From assembly GCF_006345805.1 (NCBI RefSeq), contig NC_043001.1, positions 56,978,001 through 57,042,000 of the forward strand: 64,000 bases of DNA, in the 5' to 3' direction. Positions 47,815 to 61,144 of this stretch are shown in pieces. The position numbers were made by a program, and so were the translations under genes. The stretch's first letter is position 1, and every line of letters begins with the position of its first letter. The notes under the pieces are model-generated. The model searched no databases. It saw only the letters and a program-made list of their open reading frames with translations, and was not told where the DNA came from. Source of the stretch: Octopus sinensis (lineage: Eukaryota).

Positions 47815-48300
47815 CTCTGACAATATTTCTGTCTTGTAGAAGTAATCAGCTGTCATCAGACCAGCATAAAGATCGATTTGACACTTTTAAAGACGTTGAA
47901 GATACGACCAGTTCTTGAGTTTTAGACTTGATCTGCCGTCGGCTTTAATGTCACCACTTGGTTCTTGGATAGCTTTAATAGAGTTAGTTTTGCTGCAAGC
48001 ATTCGGATAAACTCTCCATTTCGAAAGGACCTACATCCCTTCGTTTCACCAACCTTGGGTGCCCTGAAAACATGATTAAGAGGTAAACGAATGTGACTGC
48101 TATTATTGCCATATGTCGGAGCAGGGATTTTAATTCTAATTGTATATACAGAAGGTTTGTGGAAAACTTCAAATCAATGGTCTCTGTTCATAGGAGGATT
48201 AGCCTTAAACAATCGCCCAGTAGACTTTAGGTGCCGTTAATGGAAGCTATATTCCTGCAGCTATGGATGCTTTGCAAAAGGTCATTAGCATTACTTTTCC
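47815..48300 (-). mobile_element. Decayed Penelope-like GIY-YIG 3' end with a hammerhead-like relic
   Basis: Minus strand NSSHI(V)YLL..C..VGETK (frameshifted), then CTGATGA...GAAA.TATT.GTC at 47859-47815. Confidence 0.45.
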
Positions 48301-49069
48301 TTCTCAAGCTACACCGCGAAAAATCTAAAATGACAAAAGATAAACGACAAAAATAAAAACGCCTTTCCTCTGTTTCATAATATATTAATTGTAATCTTAA
48401 ATTTATAAACCGTTCACTTCTGTTTTTGTAATCAACCAACAAATTCGTTAGGTTACATATATGAAGGTAATGCAGTTTCGAAAAGGTGATGGTAATGTGC
48501 AAGTACCGAAAAAGTAAGCAATACATAATGCGTGTTGTCCGCACTGTTTTCGTAGTCCAGATTATTTACTCACAATTGTATGTACCTCGCTACTCTAACC
48601 CTTACCTGAGCTGTAAAGTTGAGAAGTGGCCTAATATATATCAGTAACTAATTTAAACCTATTGTAGATTTACAGAACTCACTTCAGTAGTCAGCTGCTT
48701 AAAGGAACCTTCCTTACTCCGACATTGAATTCAGACACTGAATCAGATTCTTGATGGTTTAGGTGGCTCATTGAATTCTGAATCTAGCAACATTATACAT
48801 CTATCTTTCTCCACTATCAACAAGTGTCAGCATCAGCTTTCTGAGTTCAGCTCTTTATCTGATATTGATTTAACACCAACCAACGAAAATATTTAATGAC
48901 ATGTGTTATATCAGAAGCAAGCATGGTGAACCGAGTAGCTTTGCTTCGATGCATCAATATTAGTGTGCCTGTCAACTTACGACCTACACATTTATCCGAA
49001 TCCATCACAAACTTCACGATGTTTTTGTAGGGAGGCATACCATAAAAAATACCACAAGTTTTTGGTGTT

Positions 49070-49482
<413 letters not shown>

Positions 49483-49484
49483 AT

Positions 49485-49542
49485 GGTGGTGCTCCAGCAT
49501 GACGCAGTCTAAGGATTGAAGAGTATAAAAGAATTAAAGAAT
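49485..49542 (+). mobile_element. Isolated 3' tail of the 13822-family SINE
   Basis: GGTGGTGCTCCAGCATGACGCAGTC...AAAAGAAT tail. Confidence 0.7.
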
Positions 49543-51429
49543 TGGCGAGCGATGAACTACTTCGGTGTGGTGAACAAAAATGAATTTCAGTATTTACACC
49601 CGTTTCTGTTGTACGTTCTTTTCTGCCAAGATTGATTTTCCTTTAGTCCCCAGACCAAGCTACTGCAGTAAACCGAAGTGCAGATGCATTGTTGTCACGA
49701 TCGTCTGCTTTTCTCTCTGCTGTTTGGGATCGCATACTTTACTTAAATCAACATTACCAATCATGTCTTAAAGACAGTGACAATATACTATAATATAATG
49801 AAAATTACAATGCTCATTCATGCAGGCCGGGTGACCAAAAAATACTTCCTATTTGGCTGTGACTTTAGAAGAAAATTAGTCTGAAGATGTAAATGTTTCC
49901 AGTTCGGATGTAGGTTGTTCGAAGCATCGACTTTTTTCGTGGTAGTATCAGGACGTAGCTACACTAAATCATTGAAATATTGTGTTATATATTTGCATTA
50001 TCTTATAATGATAATATTTAAATAAGCAACTAAGAAAATATGTTCAAAGGAGAGAGAAGAAAATGAAAAAAGAAAAATACAATGCATAGAGGAAATGCAT
50101 GATGTATATATAGTGTTCACATCCCCAGAAGGAAATAGAAAAACCTTGCAATCATAGTCATTGCTATTGATGTAGCTGTTGCTATTGAATACCCCTAGGC
50201 CCCTGGGGCAGCCACTATGAAGCAGACTTATGTCAACATCAGTAGAGATGCTGAGAAGAGTGGATGCATATAATCAATATAATGTCCATCAAAGTATAGA
50301 AAATATCGTATTATACTACAAATTTGTAGGTCAAGAGTTCAAATTTCCTGAAGGTGTCTCATTTTGTATTTGTGCATATTTTATATTGTAATGTTAATCT
50401 GAAGTAGAGCTCCAGGAATTAAAACTTTCCAGAGACATATGCAATAGACACTATTCTGCCAGTGGTTGAAATCGTCCTAATCGTTTGTCGTTGTTGTTGT
50501 CATTGATTGTTGCTGTTGTTGTTGTCATCGTCGTTATTGGCGTTTTTCTTTTTTCTCTCCGGGCCAACGCCCATCAAACGGAACAATGATCAAACATAAT
50601 CTAATTGCGATCATCCAGTTTTTTTCTTTTTCAGGCATAGTTCATTTCGAACTGTATTATGGATTGTCGTTTACCTTTCTAAGATTCTAGGACTTTTATA
50701 TGGGGAAGCTTTTCCTTATAAATATCATTTTGAACGAATATTTCGAGGTTTCCTTGTTGATTCATACAGGTTGCTACAGTTGTATCTTACGTTGTTTTGT
50801 TTCTACTTCTATGACTGTTGTTTAACATCACTTAGATCTTATAATAGTTTGACGATAGTCATCAGTGAATGGAAAAAGAGCCGTAATCTCGATGCCTTTA
50901 AAAGCCTCAAACCTGGTTAAAGGGAGAGAGGCACTCATTCTTAAACCAAAACTTGATTGCCACATATATATGTATTCTCGGTAATTCATCCATCTTTACG
51001 TCTTTACGGTCAGCTTTGCTTTTCATTCGGCGGGGTGTAGAAAACTGAGCATTGGACTCAACCCTCGGCCGAAATTGCTTGCCTTCTGCCAAAATTTGAA
51101 ATCAGTATATATGTATTCTGTTAAATGCACTCAATGCCAAGTTCGTAATGGTAAACAAACCGAATGATGGATAAAGTCTACAACTCACATTGTATATGTT
51201 TCCTGTTTCATTACGATTTTTATAAAACATAGTGTTGTATGATATCATGGTAAAATTTGAAAAAAAAAATATGAATAAATGCTTTACCTGAAAAACTTTT
51301 ATAAACTTTTAATTATGTAAATTGTATCTCACATCTCACTACCAGGGAAAGTTATCACACAACTGCAACATGAGCAACAAAAATATAATACTCGCATATC
51401 ACTTTATTTTCCATCACCACGTCAACCAC

Positions 51430-51775
51430 CACTAACTACAACACACACCTCATACCACGTCAAAACATAAACAATAACAAATACAATAACAATTCGAATA
51501 ACATCAATAGTAGTAATAGAAGCTCTGCCGACGCCACTACCACGAACAACAACAATAACGACGACAACAACGACAACAACAACAATATTAACAACTACAA
51601 CGATAACGTCATCCACACCAATAACAGGAACACCACTATCAAAACAACCATGACTAACAACAAGAAAGCAGCAGCAGTGACAAAAATAGCGTCAACAACA
51701 ACAGCAACAACAACAGCAACAGCAGCAGCAGCAATAACAACAACAACAATAATAACCCCTTCTTCAACAACAAAA
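51430..51775. repeat. Cryptic (CAA)/(GCA)/(ACG) low-complexity trinucleotide region
   Basis: Directly visible. Confidence 0.85.
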
Positions 51776-54054
51776 ATGTTCATGTGGAAATTCGAAGAAA
51801 GAAATCTTGAAGACTGTTTCTTGATTATGTGAGGATGGATGCTTTTTCATAGAAATTTAATTAAAGCGTTTGATTTTAAGAATTTTTTTTTTAATTTTGA
51901 AGATTTTAAATGTTAATTAGATAACATTGAATTAATGATATAGTTAAAGTCTATAGAACGATAGAAGAAAAAAATATTCTAAAAAAAGATTATTTAAAAA
52001 AAATATATTTATGCTTTGGTGAATTTTAAACCAAAAGTCATTTTCTGGAACCAAAGTTTTGAAGAAATAAAAAGTAAATAAATATATAAAAGAATGAAAC
52101 AAACAAAATGGTAATTGTAGACACACATATACACACAAACACGAACATGCACACACACGTACATACTCAAACACTAGCACATACACAATTAAAATTCATA
52201 ATCACTGCCGCAAGTATATGCACATATATACTTAAATGAACTAACATATACACAAAAACAGATATTAACTCACTCACGCACAGATATACATACACACAAA
52301 TACACAAGCTCATAATTATATATATTAACGCGGATATACTATTTTCCTTCTAACTCTTTCTCTTACCTCCTTTGTCTCTGTCTCACTGTCTCTATGACTT
52401 CCGCTTAAATAGAGAACACGCAACCATATATATATAAGCATGTCCACACTCGTACATAAGCGTGCGCACACACAAACGCACACATACACATACACACAGC
52501 ACGCATATAAACACGTATTGTATTTTACCTTCAGATACACATACAATGAGACATGAGTGCATACAAATGCACAAAAATGCATGAATACATATTTAATCAT
52601 ATATCCACTCGCATACATCACCACACGTACGTGTGCACAGACGTGGACTTTCTACCTTGCTACAGATACACGGTTGCCAATAAATACAACATGCTCTCAT
52701 AAAGAAAACACACATCCGTACAGACAAATCACAAACACGTTATACGGACAAATTCAAATACATGACAATATTTCTGGATAGACATCTGTTCATCCAAATA
52801 AACAATGTGCTTTACCGTATGAACAGCTGCCCACAGGGATACGTAAACAACATACGTACGCATGCGGAGTATGCAATATACATTCTCACATACTCAAACA
52901 CTGTTATAACACATGCGTAACGTATACCGATAATGCACACAAACACACACACACGCACGCACACACACACGCACACACACACACACAAGCGTGCATACAC
53001 AAAGTTGCACATACACAGGCATATACCTCAAGTGAAGGCATTGTACTTTGTCACTGAACCTCTTAGAAATTGCGTGAATTTCCTATTATACCACACCCTG
53101 CATAAATGAAAGATATAGTCACTTTGGGTAATGTGTTGTCAGTTCAAAGTACCTTGGATAAAGATTGGTGTGTTTTAAATCATAGGTCTGCCTGATGAGA
53201 CCTCGCCTTTGGATAAATAAACATAGCAACAACAGTACTAATATATTCCTGCTGCATTCATCCACATCTATCCAATAAAAATTATCAAATACACCAGGTT
53301 GCTTTAGCTGTCATTTAGCTCGGGGTAGGCTGATCAAGTTCAGAAGTGATCCAGAAGTGAGTAACACACACACACACACACACACCACACACACACACAC
53401 ACACACACCACACACACACATTTACCAGGGATTTCATTCTTTAATGTATTCTATTTTCTATAAATAAATTAAAATTACGAGTTAAGCAAATTTGATTTAA
53501 TACCCACTTTATAAGAGGCATAAGTATTTTTTATCTTTTTCTCTCTCCGTTTTATCTCTCACCTACTTTTACTTTCTCTCCCCCCTCACTCTCTCTCCCC
53601 TTGTCAATCTCAAGAAGCTTTTCCTCTGTTACAGACGGCCTGACTCTCACTATCTTGAGAGTTCATTTGCAGCTTTTGGCAAGGATTTGCTTTCCATGGA
53701 AAACTAGCATTTTGTATCTCCATACTACTTATGCTTGTTCAAATGAATGTCAAGGCGTATGCAAGTTGGCGCCAGTGTGAATGCATACTTTGCCATTAGA
53801 AGCATAAAGCCAGAACAAATACCACAAGGAATAACGTCCGACACAATAGCAATTCAACTGATCCCTCGCGGTGGCTGGTGTTTATATATATAAATAGGCT
53901 TCGGTGGGGTTTGAACTTAGATCCCAGACAGCCAGTAGTAAGACCCAACGAATTTACCATTTCAACATCTCACTCTCTCTCTCTCTCCCTTACTATTTGT
54001 CTCTTTCTATTTGTAGACACGTACATTATACACAAATATATGTATATAATGTAT

Positions 54055-54240
54055 ATACGAGGGATTGCTGAAAAATTCCTGTCTTTGTGTGAAAGAAAAT
54101 GCAGGAGGATCAGTTTAGTATGATTTTATTCAACATATTCCCTCTCTGATTCACACACTTATTGCAACGGTTCTTCAGTTTTTGTTTTTAAGTCCTGTAA
54201 AATAACTCGAAAGGCTGGGCCTTAAAGCTAGGACATCCTT
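54055..54240 (-). mobile_element. Mariner terminal fragment
   Basis: TACGAGGG..GCTGAAAA.TTCCTG TIR-like start followed by mariner 3' end sequence as I recall it. Confidence 0.6.
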
Positions 54241-54414
54241 AAAACCAAGAGTAATAATGATATTGTTATCAACCACATACATACAAAGATTTAGTGTATA
54301 AACTGCAGTTATATTTCCTAAGTCTCTTAGTCAGATATGTGTGTAGCCACTATGTAAACATTCACTGATTCTCAGTGGCCAGTAAATCAGTAATCAATAT
54401 TTTCATATATTAAG

Positions 54415-54640
54415 AGTGGCTGATTAGCAGAATTGACTGAGCGTCAGATAAATTGCATTGCGGTAATTAAGTACGGCCGTTTATGGTTTGAATTGAAATT
54501 TAGCTTGGTAAATATTGCCTTTCTTCTATCGGGGAATAATAAAAGACGGTGTCAGTTAAGTACCACTTCGATTCAATCGGAAGTATGCCTCACGCTACTC
54601 TACCAAGAAAATTCAGACTTGCGCCCCAGTGAGGAAACGG
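54415..54640 (+). mobile_element. Strongly decayed 3528-family SINE
   Basis: AGCAGAATT...AGCG head and TTGAAATTTAGC..GGTAAATATTGCCTTTC body similarity. Confidence 0.45.
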
Positions 54641-55794
54641 TATTAAAATATATGCTATAATTACAAAAATAACATTGGTGTTGTAAAGAGGATACACTAG
54701 AATGCCAAAGGAAAAGTTTTGTGGTATTTAATTATATCCACGAATTCATATAGTGTCGAAGTGAATATTACCTTTCATATTTCGGGCTTAATTATCAACC
54801 TTTTACTTCCTTCCCTTATGAAGTTTTTGCTTTTTCTTATAAAATCATTACTTCCATATTATAAAACGCAATGAATATCCTGTCGCTCACGCTGTCAGAT
54901 GAATCTAAAATAGCAAATGGAAAGAGAGCGAGTGATAACCAGAGACGCTAAATGCAGACGAGGTGTAGTGAGCCCTGAAGTCGCCAGTGTTTTAATGAAT
55001 ATAAAACTATCTTTTTATTCTAAATTATATTTATTAATTCCACGCATTCAAATAAATACACACACATATACAAACACACAGATACGCGCACGCATGCACC
55101 CACACACACACACACACACAAACACATAAAACGCACGCACACTCATACACAAACACCCGCACACATCTTACATACAATAAAACTCAATGTTTCACGTCGA
55201 TCACGCTGGCAGAAGGAAAGTAAAACGACAAATGGTGTGGGAGTCAGTTAGAGAAAGAGGAAGTAGAAAAAATTGTTAGTGAATGAGTGAACGCCATATC
55301 AACTGTTGGAACAGCAGGTATTTTGAAAACAATAAAACAGTAGATATTTTATCGTTTCCAAAGAAAGAAAAAATTGAAAACAACTTACACTAATTGATGA
55401 TGGAATTTCACACCACAGACGCGCGTGCACATACAAACACAACACAAATGATGTAACTTCTGATGGTGTCGAACGACACAGAGAATGAGAGACAGAAAAT
55501 GAAGTTGTTATTGTAATAGTTTATATTAACTTTTTCGTTCTCTGTTTCTTTTTCTGTTTCACTTATTCAGTTCAATAAATCTGGCAATTGCTTAACAAAA
55601 AAAAAAAAAAAAACCAAAACACAACACTGTCTAAAAGATATATCACTTGATTCAATGGAACGAGCAGACGACATTCAAACAGGTCAGACGACATTCAACT
55701 CTGATATCAAAACATGTTAGTCGTTCAAGAAAAACATCGTTTCAAGCAGCAGTAAGAAAACAGTCTAATATTTAATATTTCATTTCACATATAT

Positions 55795-58338
55795 GTGCTT
55801 CTTATGGGAGACTTCAATCTGCCCAATGTCAGATGGCCCGAGGGCCTTTCTCTCCCAGGAATGACAAGATGTGAACGAGGACAGGCGAGGTCCCTCCTGA
55901 ACCTCATCAACACCCTGTACATGGAGCAGGTAATACTCCAACCAACCAGGGCAGGTAACACACTGGATCTCTGCTTCACAAATGACATGGATCTCATCCA
56001 TAATGTGAAAGTGACACCGACACTACTCTCGGATCACAACATGATAGAGCTGACCATGTACGGGCCAAAAGAGGGCACGGACATGCAGCCTACAAGAAAC
56101 CCTCAAAATCTTTCCAGCTTGAACTACCATAAGGCAAACTGGAAACAAATTGAGAAAGAGATCCACAAACAAAACTGGCCTAAATGTCTCTCCTCGCCAG
56201 ACATCGACGTGAAACTTCAACAATTCATGTCTGTAATGCAAGCCATATGCTACAAATGTGTCCCAGAGAGAAAGGCCACTGTACACAAGAACAAAATCTC
56301 CAGAGAGAGGAAAATTTTAATGAGACGGCGTACGAAATTTTCAAATCGCCTAAACAAACAGATTGAAAGCAGTGAAAAGTCCCGCCTAAAAATAAAACTG
56401 TTGGAAATCGAAAGATGTCTGCAACTCTCCCATGAAAAAGAAAGAGCAGACAAAGAAGCCTGGGCTATAGAAAACATAAAATCTAACCCCAGAGCTTTCT
56501 ACAGGTATGCCAAAGAAACAGCTACAGTGCACTGTAGAATAGGGCCACTCCTCGAAAAGGATGGCACACTTACAGGAAAACCAATGAGGGTAAGTGAAAT
56601 ACTGAATGAGCAATTCAAGAGTGTTTTCACTCCACCCCTTGGGCATCTCCAAATCACCAATCCAACTGACTTTTTTACCACTGCAGATATAAAATCAGAG
56701 GCGGCGACGATAGATTACATCGATATAAAGGAAGACGATGTAACCAAGGCTATAGATGAAATGAAAACAGACTCAGCTACTGGCCCCGATGGATTCCCGG
56801 CAATTCTCCTAAAAGCATGTAAGAGAGTCCTAGCAAGACCACTGCAGTTCCTCTTTCAGAGCTTCCTTGCAGCTGGCAAACTTCCAGGAAAACTGAAGGA
56901 AGGTAAAATATGCCCCATTCATAAAGGAGGTAGCAGAGCGGAAGCCAAGAACTATAGACCTATCTCTCTGACCTCACACATCAGCAAGGTCATGGAACGA
57001 ATAGTCAGAAGGAAGCTGATCACCTTCCTTGAAGAGAATGACTTGCTGCCCGACACCCAACATGGTTTCCGACCAGGGAGAAGCTGTTTAACTCAGCTCC
57101 TACAACACTATGACTGGGTGCTGAAACGGCTGCTCAACCACTCAAATGTGGAAGTGATATATCTCGACTTTGCAAAGGCCTTTGATAAAGTCGATCATGG
57201 AATGATATGTCACAAACTGCGTGATCTCAACATAGTTGGAAAACTGGGAGAATGGCTTCATGACTTTCTGAAGGATAGAAGTCAGGTGGTAGTAGCCAAT
57301 GGGGCCACCTCCATTAACACACAAATAGTGAGCGGTGTTCCGCAGGGCACTGTTCTGGGACCACTACTGTTCATAATGGCCCTCTCAGACATGCCCTCAG
57401 CCACGCAGAGAGCCACGATCACAAGTTATGCAGATGATACAAAAGTTTCACAGGCAATACAGAACCCTGAGGACACTAAACACCTGCAATGTGAGCTGGA
57501 CGAAATATACAAGTGGGCTGAAAAGAATAGCATGCAGTTCAATGCTGGAAAGTTTCAAGCTTTATACTATCAGCATGCAAAACTGAATGCAATACCCAAT
57601 GAATACACTGGACCCGGAGGGATTGCAATCCCAGAGGCACAATCAGTGCGTGACCTGGGTATTCACATGAGTGATGACGCGACCTTTCATGTACATGTTG
57701 CTAAACTGACAATGAAATGTAGACGGCTGGCTGGATGGATTCTTAGAACCTTTAGAACAAGAGAACAAAAAACCATGATGGTCCTCTGGAAGACACTTGT
57801 CCTAAGCTACTTTGACTATTGCTCTCAGCTATGGTCACCATCCAGTGTCAAGTTGATCACAGAACTTGAGGCGATCCAACGAAGCTACACAAAGAAGATA
57901 GCCTCTATGCAGAATGTAAGCTACTGGGAAAGACTCAAGAGATTAAAATTATATTCTCTGGAGCGTAGGTGGGAAAGATATGCCATAATATACATCTGGA
58001 AGATCCTGGAGGGAAGTGTCCTGAACTTTGGCATTGAGAGTTACGCAAATGCCAGAACTGGGCGCCACTGCGTGGTGCCTAGGACTCCAAACCTGCCATC
58101 AAGATGTAGGACAAGATTCTGTGATAGCCTGGGCTTCCGAGGCCCACAGCTCTTCAATATCCTCCCGAAGAACCTGAGAGACCTGCATGGGGTGGATACA
58201 GATGTCTTTAAAATGAAGCTGGATCTCTTCCTGTCAGGTGTCCCAGATGAACCAACTTCACGGCAGGAGGGGCAGATGAGGGCAGCTGCATCGAACTCTC
58301 TCATGCACCAAATAGCAGTTGCTAGAAAGCCTCCATGA
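55795..58338 (+). CDS. CR1-type ORF2 (C-terminal part of APE endonuclease + complete reverse transcriptase), 847 codons uninterrupted
   Basis: GDFNLP, PTRAGNTLDL, SDHNMI, GPDGFP, NYRPISLTS, QHGFRPGRSCLTQLL, YLDFAKAFDKVDH, SGVPQGTVLGPLLF, YADDTK, YCSQLWSP. Starts mid-endonuclease, so there is no native start codon. Confidence 0.9.
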   Translation: MLLMGDFNLPNVRWPEGLSLPGMTRCERGQARSLLNLINTLYMEQVILQPTRAGNTLDLCFTNDMDLIHNVKVTPTLLSDHNMIELTMYGPKEGTDMQPTRNPQNLSSLNYHKANWKQIEKEIHKQNWPKCLSSPDIDVKLQQFMSVMQAICYKCVPERKATVHKNKISRERKILMRRRTKFSNRLNKQIESSEKSRLKIKLLEIERCLQLSHEKERADKEAWAIENIKSNPRAFYRYAKETATVHCRIGPLLEKDGTLTGKPMRVSEILNEQFKSVFTPPLGHLQITNPTDFFTTADIKSEAATIDYIDIKEDDVTKAIDEMKTDSATGPDGFPAILLKACKRVLARPLQFLFQSFLAAGKLPGKLKEGKICPIHKGGSRAEAKNYRPISLTSHISKVMERIVRRKLITFLEENDLLPDTQHGFRPGRSCLTQLLQHYDWVLKRLLNHSNVEVIYLDFAKAFDKVDHGMICHKLRDLNIVGKLGEWLHDFLKDRSQVVVANGATSINTQIVSGVPQGTVLGPLLFIMALSDMPSATQRATITSYADDTKVSQAIQNPEDTKHLQCELDEIYKWAEKNSMQFNAGKFQALYYQHAKLNAIPNEYTGPGGIAIPEAQSVRDLGIHMSDDATFHVHVAKLTMKCRRLAGWILRTFRTREQKTMMVLWKTLVLSYFDYCSQLWSPSSVKLITELEAIQRSYTKKIASMQNVSYWERLKRLKLYSLERRWERYAIIYIWKILEGSVLNFGIESYANARTGRHCVVPRTPNLPSRCRTRFCDSLGFRGPQLFNILPKNLRDLHGVDTDVFKMKLDLFLSGVPDEPTSRQEGQMRAAASNSLMHQIAVARKPP

Positions 58339-58431
58339 AGTGAAACCAAGTAGCAACACCAAATGGCGGTGCCCCAGCATGGCCACAGCTCATAAGCTGA
58401 AACTAGAATCAATCAATCAATCAATCAATCA
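55795..58431 (+). mobile_element. CR1-clade LINE, 5' truncated, young, with (CAAT)n tail
   Basis: APE-RT ORF2, short 3' UTR with a stem-loop at 58365-58388 and (AATC)n tail at ~58407-58432. Possible low-complexity TSD ATATAT (55789-55794 and 58432-58437). Confidence 0.93.
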
Positions 58432-58549
58432 ATATATTACATGATTGGTAATATTTTCAACAGAGACGTTACTATACTATGCGATTGTTCACGTACTGTG
58501 AGTATACATATATGTACTCTATTACTGACAGATTACTGGGATCCTGACT

Positions 58550-59950
58550 TGAAAAGAGACGATTAGCAAGAGAAAGACAGAGAAAACGAAAATTTAAATT
58601 CAGTCAAGAATAATTTGAAACTTAACTGAAAGCAAACCGTGAGCAGACAGTAAAAATAATATGAAATAAAAAAAAAAGAAACAAACCAAAAATCTTTCAA
58701 GTCAGACAGAGTATTTCTCAGATGCCAAAACAAAAGCAAAGTGCAGGTAATTGCTAGGGCAAGTTACTATGAGGAGCAGAAAACAGCAACAACGAAATCT
58801 AATAGATCAAAATTAGTGCAACAACAAAATGTAGCGTAACGTCGTAAGAATGATAGCCACTCGGAATGAAGAACATCTCACAGAAAAAAGTTTATGATAC
58901 AACATAAAATGAACGAAATACTGAAGAACATTATTGTGGAGGTATAAATATCACTAATGGCTACTACAGTAATTCTTGCTACCAAGAAAAATTGCGTTTT
59001 TTCAAAAAGAATTTCCAGACTACATGATATCCTTTCTGGTAAAAATCAATAATCCTTATTATGGTCATTTCAAAGAAAACACCAGGTCGTATAACTCTGG
59101 ATTGTCTTTTGCATGGATTGATGCCCACTTGTCAGAAGCTCCAGGAAGAGTTCTATGTTGCTTCAGAGATCGTAGACAAGTGTACACAGAACATCACATA
59201 TGTATACAGCTGGTGGTCAACTTTTTAGCATTAAAACGAGAATCAGAAAGTATGATTATTTCGTAGATATCTATGTTTGAATAGATAAACCACCTTCGCG
59301 TTTTTATTAAAGATTCACCAACCACGAGTAACTCTGGGTTTTCATCGCATAGTTCGTGGCCCCATGGTAGACATGAAGGGAGTCGTGAGAGCGGTTTGTA
59401 GCGAAAATAAAATGGAAAATGTGTGTCAGTATATATAATGTGTGATTATTTTGTGGTTGACTTTGCTTGTCATCCTTTCGATATATGAAGTACCATGAAA
59501 CGCAATTTTCAGGCCTTGTGCCTACATTAGAAAATATTATTTATTGATTATTGAAGTGGGTCAGTCTCGAGCAGGATTCGAAAAGGCTAATCGCAGTGAC
59601 TGTTGTTTACATCTTAGTCTTGTCAATCAAAATAACCCATAGTACCAGAACATCCAGACATTCTTTCATAGAACAGGAGAAGATTTGATTTTTTGTAACC
59701 CTACAGATTCTGCTCGAGTGCTCACAGCAAACAAGGCACAAGGCCAAACTTTAAAATGTGTAGCTGTATTTTTACCCACTCCGATGTTTACAGACGGCCA
59801 GTTATACGCTATGGGTAGAGCAACGGGCTCCAGTAATTTGGATGTTAATGTCGACCAAACAGAAAATATCGTGTACAAAGAAGTTTTGTAATCATAGATA
59901 TCATCGAAAGGAATATGATTCATAATTTAAATAAAAATTGTGAACTTTGA
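58550..59950 (+). mobile_element. Internally deleted Helitron (RepHel N-terminal fragment joined to Pif1-helicase C-terminus)
   Basis: FKENTRSYNSGLSFA...APGR..CFR...QVY (58976-59266). TANKAQGQTL..VAVFLPTPMFTDGQLY.MGRA...NIVYKEVL (59685-59891). Confidence 0.85.
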
Positions 59951-60269
59951 ATGTATAAGAGTACAAACAAGCGTAAATTCGTGTAATTAAAATAAGAGTA
60001 TATTTAAATAACATTTTTCTTAATAATTTTTATGTACCGGTCGAAGAAAGCTCTAACTTTCGTTATGGGTGGTCCATTCATGCTACAGAAGCTCGGGGCC
60101 TATTTCAGTTCGGGAGTGAATCATCAACACATGTCACCTAGTCACAAACACATGTCGTATAGCTGCAACAGAATGGTGTATCACCAGCGATAATATTATT
60201 TCTCTATGACATCACCCAGTAAACTATCATGTCCATTTACACATTTCTCACTACATACTGCTGTTATGA

Positions 60270-61050
60270 CTTCCCTCCCTCATTTTATGCTGCCAGCGTA
60301 GATGGGTAAATTTGCTAGTCTTAATAATATTGTATCCAGATGACAAGAGTAAAGAAGCGTTACAAATAGATGAAGTTGTTTTGTGTTGAAATGCCTGATG
60401 TGGAAATTGGGCCTTTGTTTCATAATATAAAAAATGCGTGATACTGGACCGTGTGGTGAAGAAAGCACCAGAGCTTTCATGGAGAACAGTCTCCTCGAAA
60501 AGGAGTTTCCTAAAGAATATCTTCAAGAAACAAGAGCAAATGCCGATGGTTATTCATACTTCAAACGACGTCAAGCAACAATTCAAGCTGATAACTTTAC
60601 AATTCATCATAGATATGTGGCTCCCTATAACAAATACTTACGTCGTAAATTCAATGCTCCAGTAAATATGGAAATATTTTCAACAGTCAAGTCAGTAAAA
60701 TACATTTTGAAGAAGCTATATAAATGTATTATACCATTAAAATTCATATCAATGAAATGACGATAAACGGTGATAGATATGTGAGTGAACCTGAAGTGAT
60801 GTGGCTTGAAAACAAAATGCATTTTGAAAACAAAATGCATGACAGATCTCATGGTATCAAAAGCCTGCCGGTGCAAGAACCTGTCTTTTCCATTGGCGAG
60901 AGCTGCTGTTGTAACACTCTTCCAACAGAAAGATTTATCCTTAATTACATATCACATACATATCGCATACTGATTTCCCTTGCCATTATGTATTTTGCAA
61001 AGAGATGACTGTTTGGAAACCATGCACGAGTGGAAGAGAGGAAATTATTT
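60270..61050 (+). mobile_element. Helitron Rep (HUH) domain fragment
   Basis: Decayed FQKRG..HIL-like motif, GPCG, KEFPKEY, RYVAPYNKYL..KFNAPVNME..KSVKYI..LYK and RYVSEPE...MHDRSH. Confidence 0.85.
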
Positions 61051-61144
61051 CAAGACTTTATTGTATAAGTCCAAGACAAAAAAAAAAAAAGAATGAATTA
61101 AGTGGAAGTAGGAAGGGTAAGTTTTTATCCCTGGGGTAAATATG

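Noticed and set aside
55665-55698. 14-bp direct repeat CAGACGACATTCAA x2 with a 6-nt spacer
   Set aside because: Two copies only. It is a small local duplication or excision footprint, not an array or CRISPR.
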